From the NCBI GenBank assembly GCA_963707505.1, contig CAVPQB010000003.1, forward strand, positions 608,001 through 672,000: a stretch of DNA of 64,000 nucleotides, read 5' to 3'. Of the stretch, positions 30,865-40,981 are shown piece by piece. The notes beneath the pieces are model-generated. The model ran no database searches, was not told the DNA's origin, and was given only the letters and a program-made list of their open reading frames with translations. The stretch is from an uncultured Gemmatimonadales bacterium (GTDB taxonomy: Bacteria; Gemmatimonadota; Gemmatimonadetes; Gemmatimonadales; Gemmatimonadaceae). Numbering within the stretch: the stretch's first letter is position 1; every line of letters begins with the position of its first letter. Made by a program: the position numbers and the translations under genes.

Positions 30865-32093
30865 CGAGCTCCAACGCCACAACATCGCACGGAGCCGCAA
30901 CGCGCGCCGTGCGTGCAGGTATCGCCACGGATCGCGAATATGGCGCCGTGGTCCCCCCGATTCACCTCTCCTCGACATTCGCGTTCAACGGATTCAGGTC
31001 GCCGGGTCAGTACGACTACACTCGAAGCGGAAATCCGACGCGCAGTCACCTTGCGGATGCACTCGCGGAGCTGGAACACGGCGCATCGGCGGTCGTCACG
31101 AATACAGGCATGTCGGCGGTGACGCTTGTACTTCAACTGGTGCGTCCGGGCGATCTTGTGATCGCCGCGCACGATTGTTACGGCGGAACACAGCGTTTGC
31201 TACGATCGCTGAGCGCACGCGGCAACTTCGATCTCGCGCTGATCGACCTCACAGGTCCGACCGCGGAAGCGGAAATCGCGCGCAGAAGACCGACAATCCT
31301 CTGGGTCGAAACGCCCAGCAATCCACTGCTCCGCATCACCGACATTCGCCGGATCGCCGCCGCGGGGCACGCTGTCAACGCCATCGTCGTGGTGGACAAC
31401 ACGTTCCTCTCTCCGGCGCTCCAGCAGCCGCTTGCACTCGGCGCCGACATCGCGCTCCACAGCACCACCAAATACCTGAACGGACACAGTGACGTCGTAG
31501 GCGGAGCCGTGATCGCGCGTGACGCCGCGCTTGGCAAGGAGCTTGGCTGGTGGGCGAACTGTCTTGGCCTTACTGGCGCACCATTCGACAGCTTTCTCAC
31601 GCTGCGCGGAATTCGCACCCTGTACGCTCGCCTCGCGATGCACCTCGCCAACGCAAGCGCGGTGGTCGATGCACTGTGTGACCACGAAGCTGTAACCAAC
31701 GTTTACTATCCCGGCCTTGGCACGCATCCCGGCCACGACGTCGCGCGCGGCCAGCAATCCGGCTTTGGTGCAATGGTCAGTTTCGAGCTGCGAGGCGGAA
31801 TCGACGCGGTCGAGATCTTCACATCGGGATTGAACTGCTTTACTCTGGCCGAGTCCCTTGGCGGTGTCGAAAGCCTCGTCGCGCATCCGGCGACCATGAC
31901 TCATGCGTCGATGGACGCGGACGCGCGTACTGTCGCCGGTATCAGCGACTCATTACTTCGCCTGTCAGTGGGAATCGAGCTTGCCGCCGATCTCGTCCAG
32001 GATATAACCTGCGCCCTCGATCGCGTAGCCGCGTATCAGGCGGCAAATCGTGACACAGCAGCATCACGGTTTCTCGCTGCGACCGTAGCATGA
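30861..32093 (+). CDS. metB: cystathionine gamma-synthase
   Basis: YDYTRSGNPTR, DCYGGT, ETPSNPLL, DNTF, HSTTKYLNGHSD, LAESLGGVES. Confidence 0.92.
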   Translation: MTSSNATTSHGAATRAVRAGIATDREYGAVVPPIHLSSTFAFNGFRSPGQYDYTRSGNPTRSHLADALAELEHGASAVVTNTGMSAVTLVLQLVRPGDLVIAAHDCYGGTQRLLRSLSARGNFDLALIDLTGPTAEAEIARRRPTILWVETPSNPLLRITDIRRIAAAGHAVNAIVVVDNTFLSPALQQPLALGADIALHSTTKYLNGHSDVVGGAVIARDAALGKELGWWANCLGLTGAPFDSFLTLRGIRTLYARLAMHLANASAVVDALCDHEAVTNVYYPGLGTHPGHDVARGQQSGFGAMVSFELRGGIDAVEIFTSGLNCFTLAESLGGVESLVAHPATMTHASMDADARTVAGISDSLLRLSVGIELAADLVQDITCALDRVAAYQAANRDTAASRFLAATVA

Positions 32094-34750
32094 TCGATGT
32101 GACAGGTCACACTCGAGCCGCCACTATCGGTTGGAGTGGCCCGCTTACAATCCACAAGTTCGGCGGCGCAGCGCTCGCCAACGCTGACGCGATCCGCGCA
32201 GCGATTTCTCTCATCACGCGAGCATCGGAAGATGGGCATGCGTCACCATCCGGCGCGCATTCCGCCGTTGTGGTGGCATCTGCGTTCGCAGGTGTCACCG
32301 ATGAGCTGTTGACCGTCGCGCGCACCGCATCCAGAAGTGGTGCGGCACAGATCGCCGCGCAGATCGAGCGACTGCGCGCGCGGCATCTGGAAGTTGTCGA
32401 CTCGCTTCTCGCAGGGACAGACGCGGATGAATCACGCGCGTTCGTGCATCGCGCGTTCGAGGAGCTGGAAATACTGGCATCTGCGGCGCGGATCGTCGGT
32501 GATGTCGGACCGCGCGAATCCGATCTCATCGTTGCACGCGGAGAACGCCTTGCAGCACGCATCCTCGCGGCTACGATGCGTAGCGTGGGAATCCCGGCTG
32601 TTTTCGTCGATGCAACGGAGGTGATGGAAACCGACGGTTGCTTCGGTCACGCCGCACCCGATCTCGGCCGCACCGTCACCGCGAGTCGCGCAACGCTCGG
32701 ACCGCTGCTCTCTGCGGGAGCCATTCCCGTAGTCCCAGGATTCATCGGTCGCGGTCATGACGGAGCGACAGTCACACTCGGCCGCGGCGGCTCTGATCTC
32801 GTTGCGACTGTCCTGGCACGAGCATTGGACGCAGACCGTGTCATTCTGTGGAAGGACGTCGATGGCCTGTTGACCGCAGATCCACGCGTCGTTGCGACCG
32901 CGCGCGTGATACCCCATCTGACTTTCCGCGAAGCGGCAGAATTGGCGCACTACGGAGTACAGGTCCTTCATCCACGTACGCTCGCCCCGCTCACCGAGCG
33001 CACTCGCGTGCAGGTGCGCCCATTCACCAACCCCCTGGCGGCTGGAACCGAGATTTCCAGTCGCCGCCACAGCTCGCCGTCGCCGGTACAGGCGATCGCC
33101 GCGACGATGGACCAGGCGCTGGTGAGCATCAGCGGTCAGGGCCTCTTTGCGCTCCCGGGTATCGCGACGCGCGCATTCGCTGCGCTTCACGGCGCCGGCC
33201 TTGGTGCAGCGCTCATATCTCAGGCGGCTACCGATTATGCGGTGGCGTTTACCGTCGCCAACTCTCGAGCAGGTGCCGCCGTTGCCGCATTGCGCAACGC
33301 TCTTGCGCCGGAGTTGGCGAGTGGGGAGATCGAGCACATCGACGCACGTGTCGGAGTCGCAACCATCGGCATCGTTGGGTGCGCGCTTGCACATGAGCCT
33401 GGCGTCGCGGCACGTGTATTCAGCGCGCTCGCAGACGCTGGAATCAACGTCGTTGCCGCCGCGCAGGGGAGTGGATCGGGTGGCTCGCTCTCCGTCGTCG
33501 TTGACGCGACACGCGCTGCTGAAGTCCAGTGCGCAATCCATGATCGGTTCCAACTGCACAAGACGGGCGGCGGCCGCGTAAGTGCGCCGGCACATGCCGA
33601 CGTCGTGTTGCTCGGGGTCGGTGCGATCGGCCGCGAATTGCTCGACCAGATCACCGGGCCTGGTACGACCGCCATCGCGCCGCTCCGCGTGTGCGGAGTG
33701 ATCGACCGATCGGGTTTCGTATTCGACTCGCGCGGATTTTCGCGAGCCGAGCTGGTCGCACTCTCGCTGCACAAATCGAACGGCGGCGCGCTGGCATCGG
33801 TGCCCGGTGGCGAGCTCGCTGATGCCGTCGAGGCGGTCGAGAGAATGTCTGCGCACGCCCTGTCGCGCCCGATTCTCGTCGATGTGACCGCCGCAGAGTC
33901 CGGCGCCGTGCTCGATCTCGCGCTATCCCGAGGATGGGATCTCGTGCTTGCCAACAAGATTCCGGTCGCCACACGCGCCACAGCCGTGCAGTTGGAGAAT
34001 ACCGCGCAGGCGCATGGCCGTCACATCCTCTACGAAGCAACGGTGGGAGCCGGTCTTCCCGTGATCGATACGCTGCGAAAACTCATCGAGGCAGGCGATC
34101 ACGTTCTGTGTATCGAGGGCTGTCCTTCCGGAACACTCGGCTATCTCTTCGGCGAGCTCGGCTGCGGCCGCACCTTCGCCGTTGCTCTACGAAGTGCGAT
34201 AGCAGCTGGCTACACCGAGCCGGATCCACGAATCGACCTCTCCGGCGTCGACGTGGCGCGCAAGGCGCTCATACTCGCGCGACTGATCGGATTCGATGGT
34301 GATCTCGACGACGTCGTAGTCGAGTCGCTCGTCCCCGAACGGTTGCGCGATATCTCGCGCGACGAATTTCTCGATCGCGTTGACGAGCTGAACGACCACT
34401 GGAGCGCACGCGTGAACGAAGCGAGAGCCGCCAACACAGTTCTTCGCTATCGCGCCCGCGTCACACCGTCGTCGATCACCGTTGGACTCGTCGCGGTGCC
34501 GGTAACCGATCCGCTCGGATCGCTGAACGGCACCGACAATCAATTCGCGTTCACGACGACACGCTACAAACGTCAGCCACTCGTAATCACCGGCCCAGGC
34601 GCTGGACCGGCTGTCACCGCTGCCGGCGTACTCAACGACGTCCTCCGGCTCGCTACTGAACGCGGTGCGCTACGCGTGAAGCGAGCACACACCGATTCCG
34701 TAACACCGTCGGATCTGTACTCTACAACACCCGCACCCAGATATTCCTGA
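32090..34750 (+). CDS. bifunctional aspartokinase/homoserine dehydrogenase (ThrA/MetL type)
   Basis: HKFGG, TLGRGGSD, DVDGLLTADP, two ACT-like regions, GVGAIG, ANK, YEATVGAGLP, GYTEPDP, GPGAG. Confidence 0.92.
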   Translation: MIDVTGHTRAATIGWSGPLTIHKFGGAALANADAIRAAISLITRASEDGHASPSGAHSAVVVASAFAGVTDELLTVARTASRSGAAQIAAQIERLRARHLEVVDSLLAGTDADESRAFVHRAFEELEILASAARIVGDVGPRESDLIVARGERLAARILAATMRSVGIPAVFVDATEVMETDGCFGHAAPDLGRTVTASRATLGPLLSAGAIPVVPGFIGRGHDGATVTLGRGGSDLVATVLARALDADRVILWKDVDGLLTADPRVVATARVIPHLTFREAAELAHYGVQVLHPRTLAPLTERTRVQVRPFTNPLAAGTEISSRRHSSPSPVQAIAATMDQALVSISGQGLFALPGIATRAFAALHGAGLGAALISQAATDYAVAFTVANSRAGAAVAALRNALAPELASGEIEHIDARVGVATIGIVGCALAHEPGVAARVFSALADAGINVVAAAQGSGSGGSLSVVVDATRAAEVQCAIHDRFQLHKTGGGRVSAPAHADVVLLGVGAIGRELLDQITGPGTTAIAPLRVCGVIDRSGFVFDSRGFSRAELVALSLHKSNGGALASVPGGELADAVEAVERMSAHALSRPILVDVTAAESGAVLDLALSRGWDLVLANKIPVATRATAVQLENTAQAHGRHILYEATVGAGLPVIDTLRKLIEAGDHVLCIEGCPSGTLGYLFGELGCGRTFAVALRSAIAAGYTEPDPRIDLSGVDVARKALILARLIGFDGDLDDVVVESLVPERLRDISRDEFLDRVDELNDHWSARVNEARAANTVLRYRARVTPSSITVGLVAVPVTDPLGSLNGTDNQFAFTTTRYKRQPLVITGPGAGPAVTAAGVLNDVLRLATERGALRVKRAHTDSVTPSDLYSTTPAPRYS

Positions 34751-35492
34751 AGCTGATCGGAGCGCTCCTGTCTCCATGCGCTTGCAGCAGAATCGGAGCG
34801 GGCCCGTGCTGCTTGTACTCCGGATACCCGGTGTTCTTCGTCACACCCTTGAGCGCGACGTGGTTCTGCACCAGTACGCCATTATGAAACGCCGTTACAT
34901 AAGCCGGCGTCGCGAGTGACCCATCGCCCTTGAACGTCGGCGCCGTCCACACCACATCGTACGTCTGCCATTCACCCGGCTTGCGCGCGGCATTCACCAA
35001 TGGCGCGTATTGCTTGTAGATGCTTGCAGCCTGTCCGTTGACGTACGTCTTGTTGTTGTACGAGTCCATGATCTGCAGCTCGTACCCGCCCACCGGAGTG
35101 ATCGCCAGAAAGACCCCGCTATTGCCGCGGTCCTGACTCGTCCCTGTGATTCCAACGGGAATGCGCCATTCGATGTGCAGCTGATAATCACCGAAGCTTC
35201 GTCTGGTCTGTATGTCACCCGATGGCTTGTTCACCGTGACGATCCCGTTGGCAACGTCCCACTTCGCCGCCGAGCTGTCGCGCGCGCTGATCCACTGATC
35301 CAGATTCCTGCCGTCGAACAACACTATTGCGTCCGACGGCGGCGCCGCATCCGACTCACCCGGCGTCACGATCCTGGGCTCAGGCCCCCAAACTTCCGTG
35401 TCAGCCGGTTTCGGGTGAGCCGCCACAGCCGTCTGCGCCGCGAGCGGTCCCGCAGCACAAACGACGACAATTGCAAGGAGATTGATTCGCAA
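34722..35492 (-). CDS. secreted DUF1080 (3-keto-disaccharide hydrolase-like) protein
   Basis: Signal peptide; PPSDAIVLFDG, GNSGVF, YELQI, GEWQTYD, LQAHG..ISFRNIW. Confidence 0.88.
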   Translation of the reverse strand: MRINLLAIVVVCAAGPLAAQTAVAAHPKPADTEVWGPEPRIVTPGESDAAPPSDAIVLFDGRNLDQWISARDSSAAKWDVANGIVTVNKPSGDIQTRRSFGDYQLHIEWRIPVGITGTSQDRGNSGVFLAITPVGGYELQIMDSYNNKTYVNGQAASIYKQYAPLVNAARKPGEWQTYDVVWTAPTFKGDGSLATPAYVTAFHNGVLVQNHVALKGVTKNTGYPEYKQHGPAPILLQAHGDRSAPISFRNIWVRVL

Positions 35493-35614
35493 CCTGAAAA
35501 TTCCGCGTTGATTGTATCACCCCCGACGCCAACCACGCGCCGAATTGGTGGTCCTGCGTAGGGCGCGGATGTATCCGCGCCTGGCCCGCATACGCGCGAT
35601 CGAAACCGGATGCC

Positions 35615-36244
35615 CTACCGCACCATTCCCATCGCTGGATACGATACAAAGCGGCCGGCAATCGAACCGATCACGATGAAGATCACGATCGCGCAGATGA
35701 TTACCACCACAGTGTAACCCATCGCCTTCTCTGCCGGCGCCTTCATCAATGGCGGAAGCCCCGTGTACAGCAAGTACAGGCTGTACAGACCGAGCAACCC
35801 GAGAAGGCGCAGCCCTGGAATTAGCGCGAAGATTCCAGCCAGCCAACTCGCCGTGCACGAGTACGCCGCAACCTTCAACGCCTGGATCTGATTCTTCTGA
35901 CCCGCGAAAGTCGGCGCGAGAGCGTCGATTATCAGCGCCAGCACATAGATGCCGACCAACCCGAGTATGTATTGGGTTATCGCGCTCGTGAGTGCCGACC
36001 CCAGCGGAACGCGATACGTACCGAGTAACGGAAGGCTGATTCCGAAAATGCTCAGCCCGATCACCGACGCAATCGGTGGAATGGCCGACAGTGGGATGAT
36101 GTAGCCGGTGTACAGCTGACTCACGGTGGTTGACTCACCGTCTATCACACGCCACTCCGACTTCGGCTGCATGATGATGCCCTTCACACGCGCGACAAGC
36201 CCAGTTGGCCCCTGAGCGTCCAGCGAATCCCCGACAGTGGACAT
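35615..36244 (-). CDS. Yip1-domain membrane protein
   Basis: RVKGIIMQPKSEW, ALAPTF, AYS.T, YSLYLLYTGLP.LMK.P..KA. Confidence 0.8.
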   Translation of the reverse strand: MSTVGDSLDAQGPTGLVARVKGIIMQPKSEWRVIDGESTTVSQLYTGYIIPLSAIPPIASVIGLSIFGISLPLLGTYRVPLGSALTSAITQYILGLVGIYVLALIIDALAPTFAGQKNQIQALKVAAYSCTASWLAGIFALIPGLRLLGLLGLYSLYLLYTGLPPLMKAPAEKAMGYTVVVIICAIVIFIVIGSIAGRFVSYPAMGMVR

Positions 36245-36302
36245 TGAATCCCCCCGGTTGATTGAATGGAAGAAGCTAGGGAGAGTTTACCACCCGGGGG
36301 GC

Positions 36303-36338
36303 GCAGCGCAAGCTTGCATTGCAGCGCAAGCTCACATT
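36303..36338. repeat. 18-bp tandem repeat GCAGCGCAAGCTnnCATT x2
   Basis: Visible upstream of the Yip1 gene; 16/18 identity between units. Confidence 0.7.
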
Positions 36339-36600
36339 GTAGTGTACCCGTGCGAAGGCCGGTGTTAAGGCAGGCAACGCTTCTCCCCTGGAAACTGACA
36401 CATAATTAAGGAGAGCGGCGTCGATCATCGGCGCCCGAGGCCTACAGGAGCGACACAATGGTATTCGACATTCTTGCCGGTGCGGTCATCATCGGCGTCG
36501 GCGGCTGGGCATGGAATCGCCTCGTCCGCCACTGGGCATCGACCGGAAAGCGATTCTAGTCACCTCCGGTCACCACACAATCCAAGCTGGAGCTTCGCCC

Positions 36601-36831
36601 CTACGGCTTCGTCGCGTTCGTGTCGGCCACCATGGGGTTCCAGCATACCGCCGCTGCAGACCCATTCATCTGACAGAACCTTCCCGTCCGGCCATCGACC
36701 ACCGAAAAGTGCTCAGGGCCGGCCGAGTAACGGTGGTCGCGCGCGGGACCAATGAGATAGAGCGTCGCGTCGAGGCTCAGGACGATCAGGCAGACAGCGA
36801 CGACGATCTGTAACCAGCGAGGTATTTGCAT
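36601..36831 (-). CDS. small hypothetical membrane/secreted protein
   Basis: ATG start, hydrophobic N-terminus, DGRTGRFC..VCW. Confidence 0.45.
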   Translation of the reverse strand: MQIPRWLQIVVAVCLIVLSLDATLYLIGPARDHRYSAGPEHFSVVDGRTGRFCQMNGSAAAVCWNPMVADTNATKP

Positions 36832-36902
36832 GGCCGCAAAATGCGGCCATCGTCCCGGCTTGGCCAGTGTTCACGCCGAGCGCGGTACCTGCACCAGAAA
36901 GC

Positions 36903-36940
36903 AGAAAAGGGCGCGCATCTCTCGATGCGCGCCCTTTTCT
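36903..36940 (-). terminator. intrinsic (likely bidirectional) terminator
   Basis: AGAAAAGGGCGCGCATC-TCTC-GATGCGCGCCCTTTTCT downstream of the PEP-CTERM gene. Confidence 0.88.
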
Positions 36941-36974
36941 CTCAACGCACCTCAGTGCGCCGATCCGGCCATTA

Positions 36975-37556
36975 CTACTTCTGCTTCTTGCGACGGATCA
37001 TCGGTACGAGGCCGACGAGGCCCGTTCCGAGAAGAGCCATCGAGCTCGGCTCAGGCGTCGAAACGAAGCCCTGAACCGTGGTGTGGCCGTTGTTGTTGTT
37101 CGGCGCAACGATCGAGTAGCCCAGGCCTGGCGTGAAGTTCGTCAGGGAGTAGCTGGACGCGTTGATGTTGAAGATCGTCGGGTTTGCCGGATTCCAGTAG
37201 GTAAGGCTTCCGGTGCTCGAGATCGTACCAGCGAAGGAGCCGAAAAAGCTCCCCTGACCGGTCGTCGGGGATGTCTGGAACACGTTCAGGGTGAACTGAT
37301 CGTTGAACGTTCCGCTCGAACCTGTCCCGGCAGCGGTGGAGACGAAGTCGCCGAAGCTGATGTTGCTCGGCGTCGACGTCGACGTGCTTGGAAGGCCGTT
37401 GAACGTGATGGTCATTCCACCGTTACTGACCGTATTCGTGCCGGTTGACGTAAACACACCTGTTGTGAAATACGTTACCTGAGCCTGCGAAGCTGCTGGA
37501 AGCGCCAACGCCGCCGCAACACCAGCAACAGCGGTAAACCGTCGAGAAATCTTCAT
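36975..37556 (-). CDS. PEP-CTERM sorting-domain protein 1 (Ser/Thr/Asn-rich)
   Basis: GGAGGAG RBS; signal peptide ending ASQAQ; C-terminus TPEPSSMALLGTGLVGLVPMIRRKKQK. Confidence 0.93.
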   Translation of the reverse strand: MKISRRFTAVAGVAAALALPAASQAQVTYFTTGVFTSTGTNTVSNGGMTITFNGLPSTSTSTPSNISFGDFVSTAAGTGSSGTFNDQFTLNVFQTSPTTGQGSFFGSFAGTISSTGSLTYWNPANPTIFNINASSYSLTNFTPGLGYSIVAPNNNNGHTTVQGFVSTPEPSSMALLGTGLVGLVPMIRRKKQK

Positions 37557-37662
37557 ACAGTACTCCTCCAAAAAATGTTGAACTACCCGACGGTGACCCT
37601 AGGAGCTGGCTATACAGCGCCGCAATCGCGCCCGTCGACACCCTGCGACATCCACCTGATTG

Positions 37663-37677
37663 GCAGATTCCATGCCC
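37663..37677 (-). promoter_or_regulatory. sigma54-type -24/-12 promoter candidate GGGCATGGAATCTGC
   Basis: GG-N10-GC spacing with GGCA..TGC, ~110 nt upstream of the PEP-CTERM gene. Confidence 0.55.
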
Positions 37678-38040
37678 CGCGAAACCATTGGGACATAACG
37701 CCTTAAACGCCCGGATATCGACCATCGGATATGTGATGTTCTCCCATGAAAACCCACGAAACCGCACCGCAGCGCCCGAACACGAACATGACGCCATTGT
37801 CGTACGAATTGAACCATCGCCAACCAGTCCTTGTGTTGCATTGGCCCCACATGTGTTGGATCGAAGGTGTCCCGGCCGCCAGCAGCCCCGCAGCGACGGT
37901 GCCGCCTAACATACCTTGCAGGCCGCGCCGGTACCGATGTTGCGGCTCCCCTTTGCCGCCGATACTCCAAACGGTACTGCATCACTATCGAATCACTGGC
38001 GCATCGCCCTGGCCAGGTCCCTGCTACTCTTCCAGACACC

Positions 38041-39015
38041 ATGTCCACTTCTGTACTCGTCACCGGCGGCGCCGGCTTTATCGGCTCCCACGTCGTCCGG
38101 CAATTCATCGAGCACGGCTCGTCCGTGACCGTCCTCGATGACCTGTCCTCCGGCAAGCTCGCCAATCTCCCCGAAGGCGTCACCTTCGTGGAAGATGACA
38201 TCAGATCGCCCTCCGCCGCCCGCCTCGTGCGCGACGGCGCCTTCGACGTCATCTGTCACCTCGCCGCCCAGATCGACGTCCGAAAGAGCGTCAACGACCC
38301 CGCCTACGACGTAGCCGTCAACATAGGCGGCTCGCTCAACCTGCTCGAGGCCATGCGCCAGAGCGGCAAGAAGACAACCCGCTTCATCTTTTCATCCACC
38401 GGCGGCGCCCTCTATGGCGACGTCGAGATGTTGCCCACCCCCGAGGACTTCCCCAAGGATCCCCAGTCCCCCTACGGCAACGCCAAGCTTTCCGTGGAAT
38501 TGTACCTCGGCTACTATGCACGAGTGCACGGTCTCGATACTGTGGCGCTCCGCTACGGCAATGTTTACGGCCCGCGTCAGGATTCCCACGGCGAGGCCGG
38601 TGTCGTCGCGATCTTCTGCGAGCGCGTCCTGGACGGACGGAAGCTGACAGTCTTCGGCGATGGAAAGCAGACCCGCGATTACGTGTACGTCGCTGACGTC
38701 GCGAACGCCAACTTCCTCGCCGCCACGCGACAGCTACCGCCAGCCGGTCCTCTCGATTCACGCTCGTTCAACATCGGCACCGGCGTGGAGACAACCGTGA
38801 TCGAACTCGCTGAGCTGATTCATGACGCGTCGGGCACCGCACCTGTCATCGAACATGCTCCGGAGCGCGCCGGCGAGGTTCGCCGCTCGGTCCTGCTGGC
38901 TTCCAGAGCCGAAAAAGTACTCGGCTGGACTCCGCGCATGTCAATTGCAGACGGTATATCCGAAACGTTCAGGTGGTTCGCGGACGAGCGCGACAGCGTC
39001 GCTAGCACCGCATGA
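38041..39015 (+). CDS. NAD-dependent epimerase (UDP-glucose 4-epimerase-like)
   Basis: VTGGAGFIG, HLAAQ, SSTGGALYG, YGNAK, RYGNVYGPRQ, GKQTRDYVYV. Confidence 0.92.
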   Translation: MSTSVLVTGGAGFIGSHVVRQFIEHGSSVTVLDDLSSGKLANLPEGVTFVEDDIRSPSAARLVRDGAFDVICHLAAQIDVRKSVNDPAYDVAVNIGGSLNLLEAMRQSGKKTTRFIFSSTGGALYGDVEMLPTPEDFPKDPQSPYGNAKLSVELYLGYYARVHGLDTVALRYGNVYGPRQDSHGEAGVVAIFCERVLDGRKLTVFGDGKQTRDYVYVADVANANFLAATRQLPPAGPLDSRSFNIGTGVETTVIELAELIHDASGTAPVIEHAPERAGEVRRSVLLASRAEKVLGWTPRMSIADGISETFRWFADERDSVASTA

Positions 39016-39030
39016 TCGCCTAGGAGAAAC

Positions 39031-39927
39031 GTGGCAACCGAGCATGTCTTCACGGTAGACGTCGAAGACTATTTTCAGGTGTACGCATTCGAGGGCGTCG
39101 TCGATCGCGCCGCGTGGGATGGCTATCCGTCACGCGTCGCGCGCAATACGGACGTGCTCCTCGACCTGCTCGCGCGTCATGGCGCTCACGGGACCTTCTT
39201 CACACTCGGCTGGGTCGCCGACAAGCATCCCGAAATAGTTCGCCGAATCGCCGACGCCGGTCATGAGATCGCATCCCACGGATGGTGGCACCGCAAGGTG
39301 ACCGCCCTCACCCCCGCACAGTTCCGCGAGGACGCCCACGCGTCGCGCGCCATCCTCGAGCAGGTGAGCGGATATCCCGTCGTCGGCTATCGCGCGCCGA
39401 GCTTCTCGATCACGCCCGGAAATGAATGGGCATTCGACGCGTTGCTGGAGACGGGCTATCGGTACGACTCCAGCCTGTTCCCGATCAGCCGGTCCAACTA
39501 CGGCTACCCGGCCACGCCGCCGCTGCCGCACCTGATCCATCGTAGCGCCGGCGATCTCATGGAATTTCCGCTCACCACCACGCGCATCCTGGGCAAGAGC
39601 ATACCCGCAGCCGGCGGTGGATACCTGCGGCATTTTCCATACGGCATAATCCGGCACGCGTTCAGCGAAAAAGACCGCTCCGGAATCCCCGGCGTGTTCT
39701 ACATTCATCCCTGGGAAATCGATTGCGAACAGCCGCGCATGCCCGTACCGTGGCTGACCACCGTCCGTCATTACCGGAACATTCACAAAGTGCTTCCCCG
39801 ACTCGAGCGCCTGCTCGGCGAATTCAAATTCACGTCAATCGCGCAACGGCTCGCCGGTGACGGCAAGTGGTTTCGTGCAACCGCTCCGCTCCCCGACGTG
39901 TCACCACAAGCCGTAGTCCGGATTTGA
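39031..39927 (+). CDS. exosortase-system polysaccharide deacetylase (DUF3473-containing)
   Basis: TVDVEDYFQV, TFFTLGW, HEIASHG, GYRAPSFS, GGGYLR, YIHPWEID. Confidence 0.9.
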   Translation: MATEHVFTVDVEDYFQVYAFEGVVDRAAWDGYPSRVARNTDVLLDLLARHGAHGTFFTLGWVADKHPEIVRRIADAGHEIASHGWWHRKVTALTPAQFREDAHASRAILEQVSGYPVVGYRAPSFSITPGNEWAFDALLETGYRYDSSLFPISRSNYGYPATPPLPHLIHRSAGDLMEFPLTTTRILGKSIPAAGGGYLRHFPYGIIRHAFSEKDRSGIPGVFYIHPWEIDCEQPRMPVPWLTTVRHYRNIHKVLPRLERLLGEFKFTSIAQRLAGDGKWFRATAPLPDVSPQAVVRI

Positions 39928-40973
39928 CACTGCGCGTCGAGCGCTACACCGGATCGCCCGAGCGCTGGAACGAGTTCGTCCGGTCACAAAACGGCTGGAC
40001 GCACTTCCACCTGCACGGCTGGCGCAATGTCATGCAGCACGCAATGGGACACGACACTCCGTATCTCGTCGCCATCGACGATGCAGCCCATGATGACCAG
40101 ATCGCCGGTGTACTGCCGCTGGTCCGCGTGAAGAGCACGCTGTTCGGACACTTCCTCGTCTCGATTCCCTTCCTTAATTACGGCGGCCCACTCGGATCAC
40201 CGTCCGCGATAATTGCACTGGGCGCCCACGCTGCGACGATGGCGACTGACGATGGCGCAAAGGTTCTCGAGCTGCGCAGCCGCTACGACGTCGGTGCAAT
40301 TCCGGATTTTTCCGTGTCGCACCGCAAGATCACCGTCCTGCTCGACAGCCGCGGAGGCTCCGATGCGTTGTGGAAACGGCTGAGCTCGAAATTGCGCAGC
40401 CAGATCCGCAGGCCGCAGAAGGAAGGCGTTACCGTGCGCATCGGCGCGGATCAGGTGCGACCGTTCTACAAGGTTTTCGCGCATCACATGCGCGACCTCG
40501 GCACCCCCGTAATGCCGCGCAGGTTCTTCGAGGCAATAGCGCACGAATTCGGCGACGACGCCCTGTTCGCCGTTGCGTATCACAACGACAAGCCGATCGC
40601 ATGCGGCGCGGGCTTCACGTGGGGCACCGGTGACGACACTGAATTCGAGATCACCTGGGCATCGGCGTTGCGTGCGTACAACCGCATGTCACCCAACATG
40701 CTGGTGTACTGGGAGCTGATGAAACACGTGGCGGATCGTGGAGTCAGCACGTTCAACTTCGGCCGCTGCACGCCCGGTGGAAACACCCACAAGTTCAAGA
40801 CGCAGTGGGGCACCGTCGATCAGCCACTCTGGTGGTACGAGCGCAGAGCGGCCGGCGCTGCAACGCCATCCGAAGGACACGGCGCCGCAGCGCGCGGCCC
40901 CGAAATCTGGAAGCGCCTCCCCCTCCCGCTGGCAAACGCGCTCGGCCCGCGCATCATTCGCTTCATCCCGTAG
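39924..40973 (+). CDS. FemAB-like (GNAT) protein of XrtA/PEP-CTERM systems
   Basis: GVLPLV, LFG..LVSIPFLNYGG, LRSQIR, RDLGTP, PNML.YW, FNFGR, FK.QWG. Confidence 0.88.
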   Translation: MTLRVERYTGSPERWNEFVRSQNGWTHFHLHGWRNVMQHAMGHDTPYLVAIDDAAHDDQIAGVLPLVRVKSTLFGHFLVSIPFLNYGGPLGSPSAIIALGAHAATMATDDGAKVLELRSRYDVGAIPDFSVSHRKITVLLDSRGGSDALWKRLSSKLRSQIRRPQKEGVTVRIGADQVRPFYKVFAHHMRDLGTPVMPRRFFEAIAHEFGDDALFAVAYHNDKPIACGAGFTWGTGDDTEFEITWASALRAYNRMSPNMLVYWELMKHVADRGVSTFNFGRCTPGGNTHKFKTQWGTVDQPLWWYERRAAGAATPSEGHGAAARGPEIWKRLPLPLANALGPRIIRFIP

Positions 40974-40981
40974 CGGACGCG

